A stretch of DNA of 26,477 bases from Bdellovibrionota bacterium FG-2 (lineage in GTDB: Bacteria > Bdellovibrionota > UBA1018): contig JBBCAV010000001.1 in the NCBI GenBank assembly GCA_051382305.1, positions 1 through 26,477 on the forward strand, read 5' to 3'. Positions 26,169-26,477 of the stretch are shown here, in pieces. The notes beneath the pieces are model-generated. The model made no database searches and was not told where the DNA came from. It saw only the letters and a list, made by a program, of their open reading frames with translations. Every line of letters begins with the position of its first letter. Within the stretch, counting starts at the first letter, position 1. The position numbers were made by a program, and so were the translations under genes.

Positions 26169-26477
26169 GGTAAGACCCTCCACCAAAACCGCGACAGGAC
26201 CAACTCCAGCAGAAGCAATAGCAGAGCTAATTTTAAGAATTTGGCAAAATTCTCTTCATATTTAACGTTCTCTTTCGCCTTGATCTCCGTTCGCTCAAGC
26301 TGATCAATCTCTTTGAAGACCTCTTGAAGAGATCCCTCATCGGTCACGCGATAAAACCGTCCCTCGGTAATTTCTGCGATGTGCTGCAAAAGCTCCGGAT
26401 TCAGGGCGCTGTCAAACCACTGATAAGAGGTCACGGTATTACCGAGAACTCCTTTTTGGCGAATCGGCATTTTCACT
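26165..26477 (-). CDS. batA: BatA VWA protein, 3' part (runs off window)
   Basis: LQHIAEITEGRFYRV...FKEIDQLERTEI, then a C-terminal TM ending RVLP, directly upstream of batB. Confidence 0.85.
   Translation of the reverse strand, partial: VKMPIRQKGVLGNTVTSYQWFDSALNPELLQHIAEITEGRFYRVTDEGSLQEVFKEIDQLERTEIKAKENVKYEENFAKFLKLALLLLLLELVLSRFWWRVLP

Noticed and set aside
540-26303. Numerous short alternative-frame and antisense ORFs in the track
   Set aside because: They are shadows of well-supported genes and carry no recognisable motifs.
1-26477. CRISPR array, tRNA or rRNA
   Set aside because: I saw no regularly spaced repeats or recognisable RNA gene signatures by eye.

Overview
Bacterial chromosomal segment, probably Bdellovibrionota/Oligoflexia-like (inferred from pilin style and gene content). 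The left ~5.4 kb is an accessory zone beside the type IVa pilus locus. It holds one complete pilin gene tail-to-tail with a second, otherwise intact pilin that lacks its leader and GFTLVELMI segment, a brnA antitoxin behind an internally deleted brnT, a secreted beta-barrel-like protein, an AAA_14/DUF4143-type ATPase and vapBC. Next come pilB-pilT-pilC, followed directly by a receiver-less PilR with no pilS, then three degenerate signalling genes (two HD-GYP-like, one HATPase-like), ribF, a CHASE2 kinase and sigma54 regulator, an orphan ParA with a small partner, type III glutamine synthetase and batA(partial)-batB/C-batD. The best candidate for a new system is the pilin pair. The two genes share an in-frame inverted ~50-bp island of synonymous-site identity, so inversion or gene conversion would swap the pilin head domain. 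No recombinase is visible in the window.
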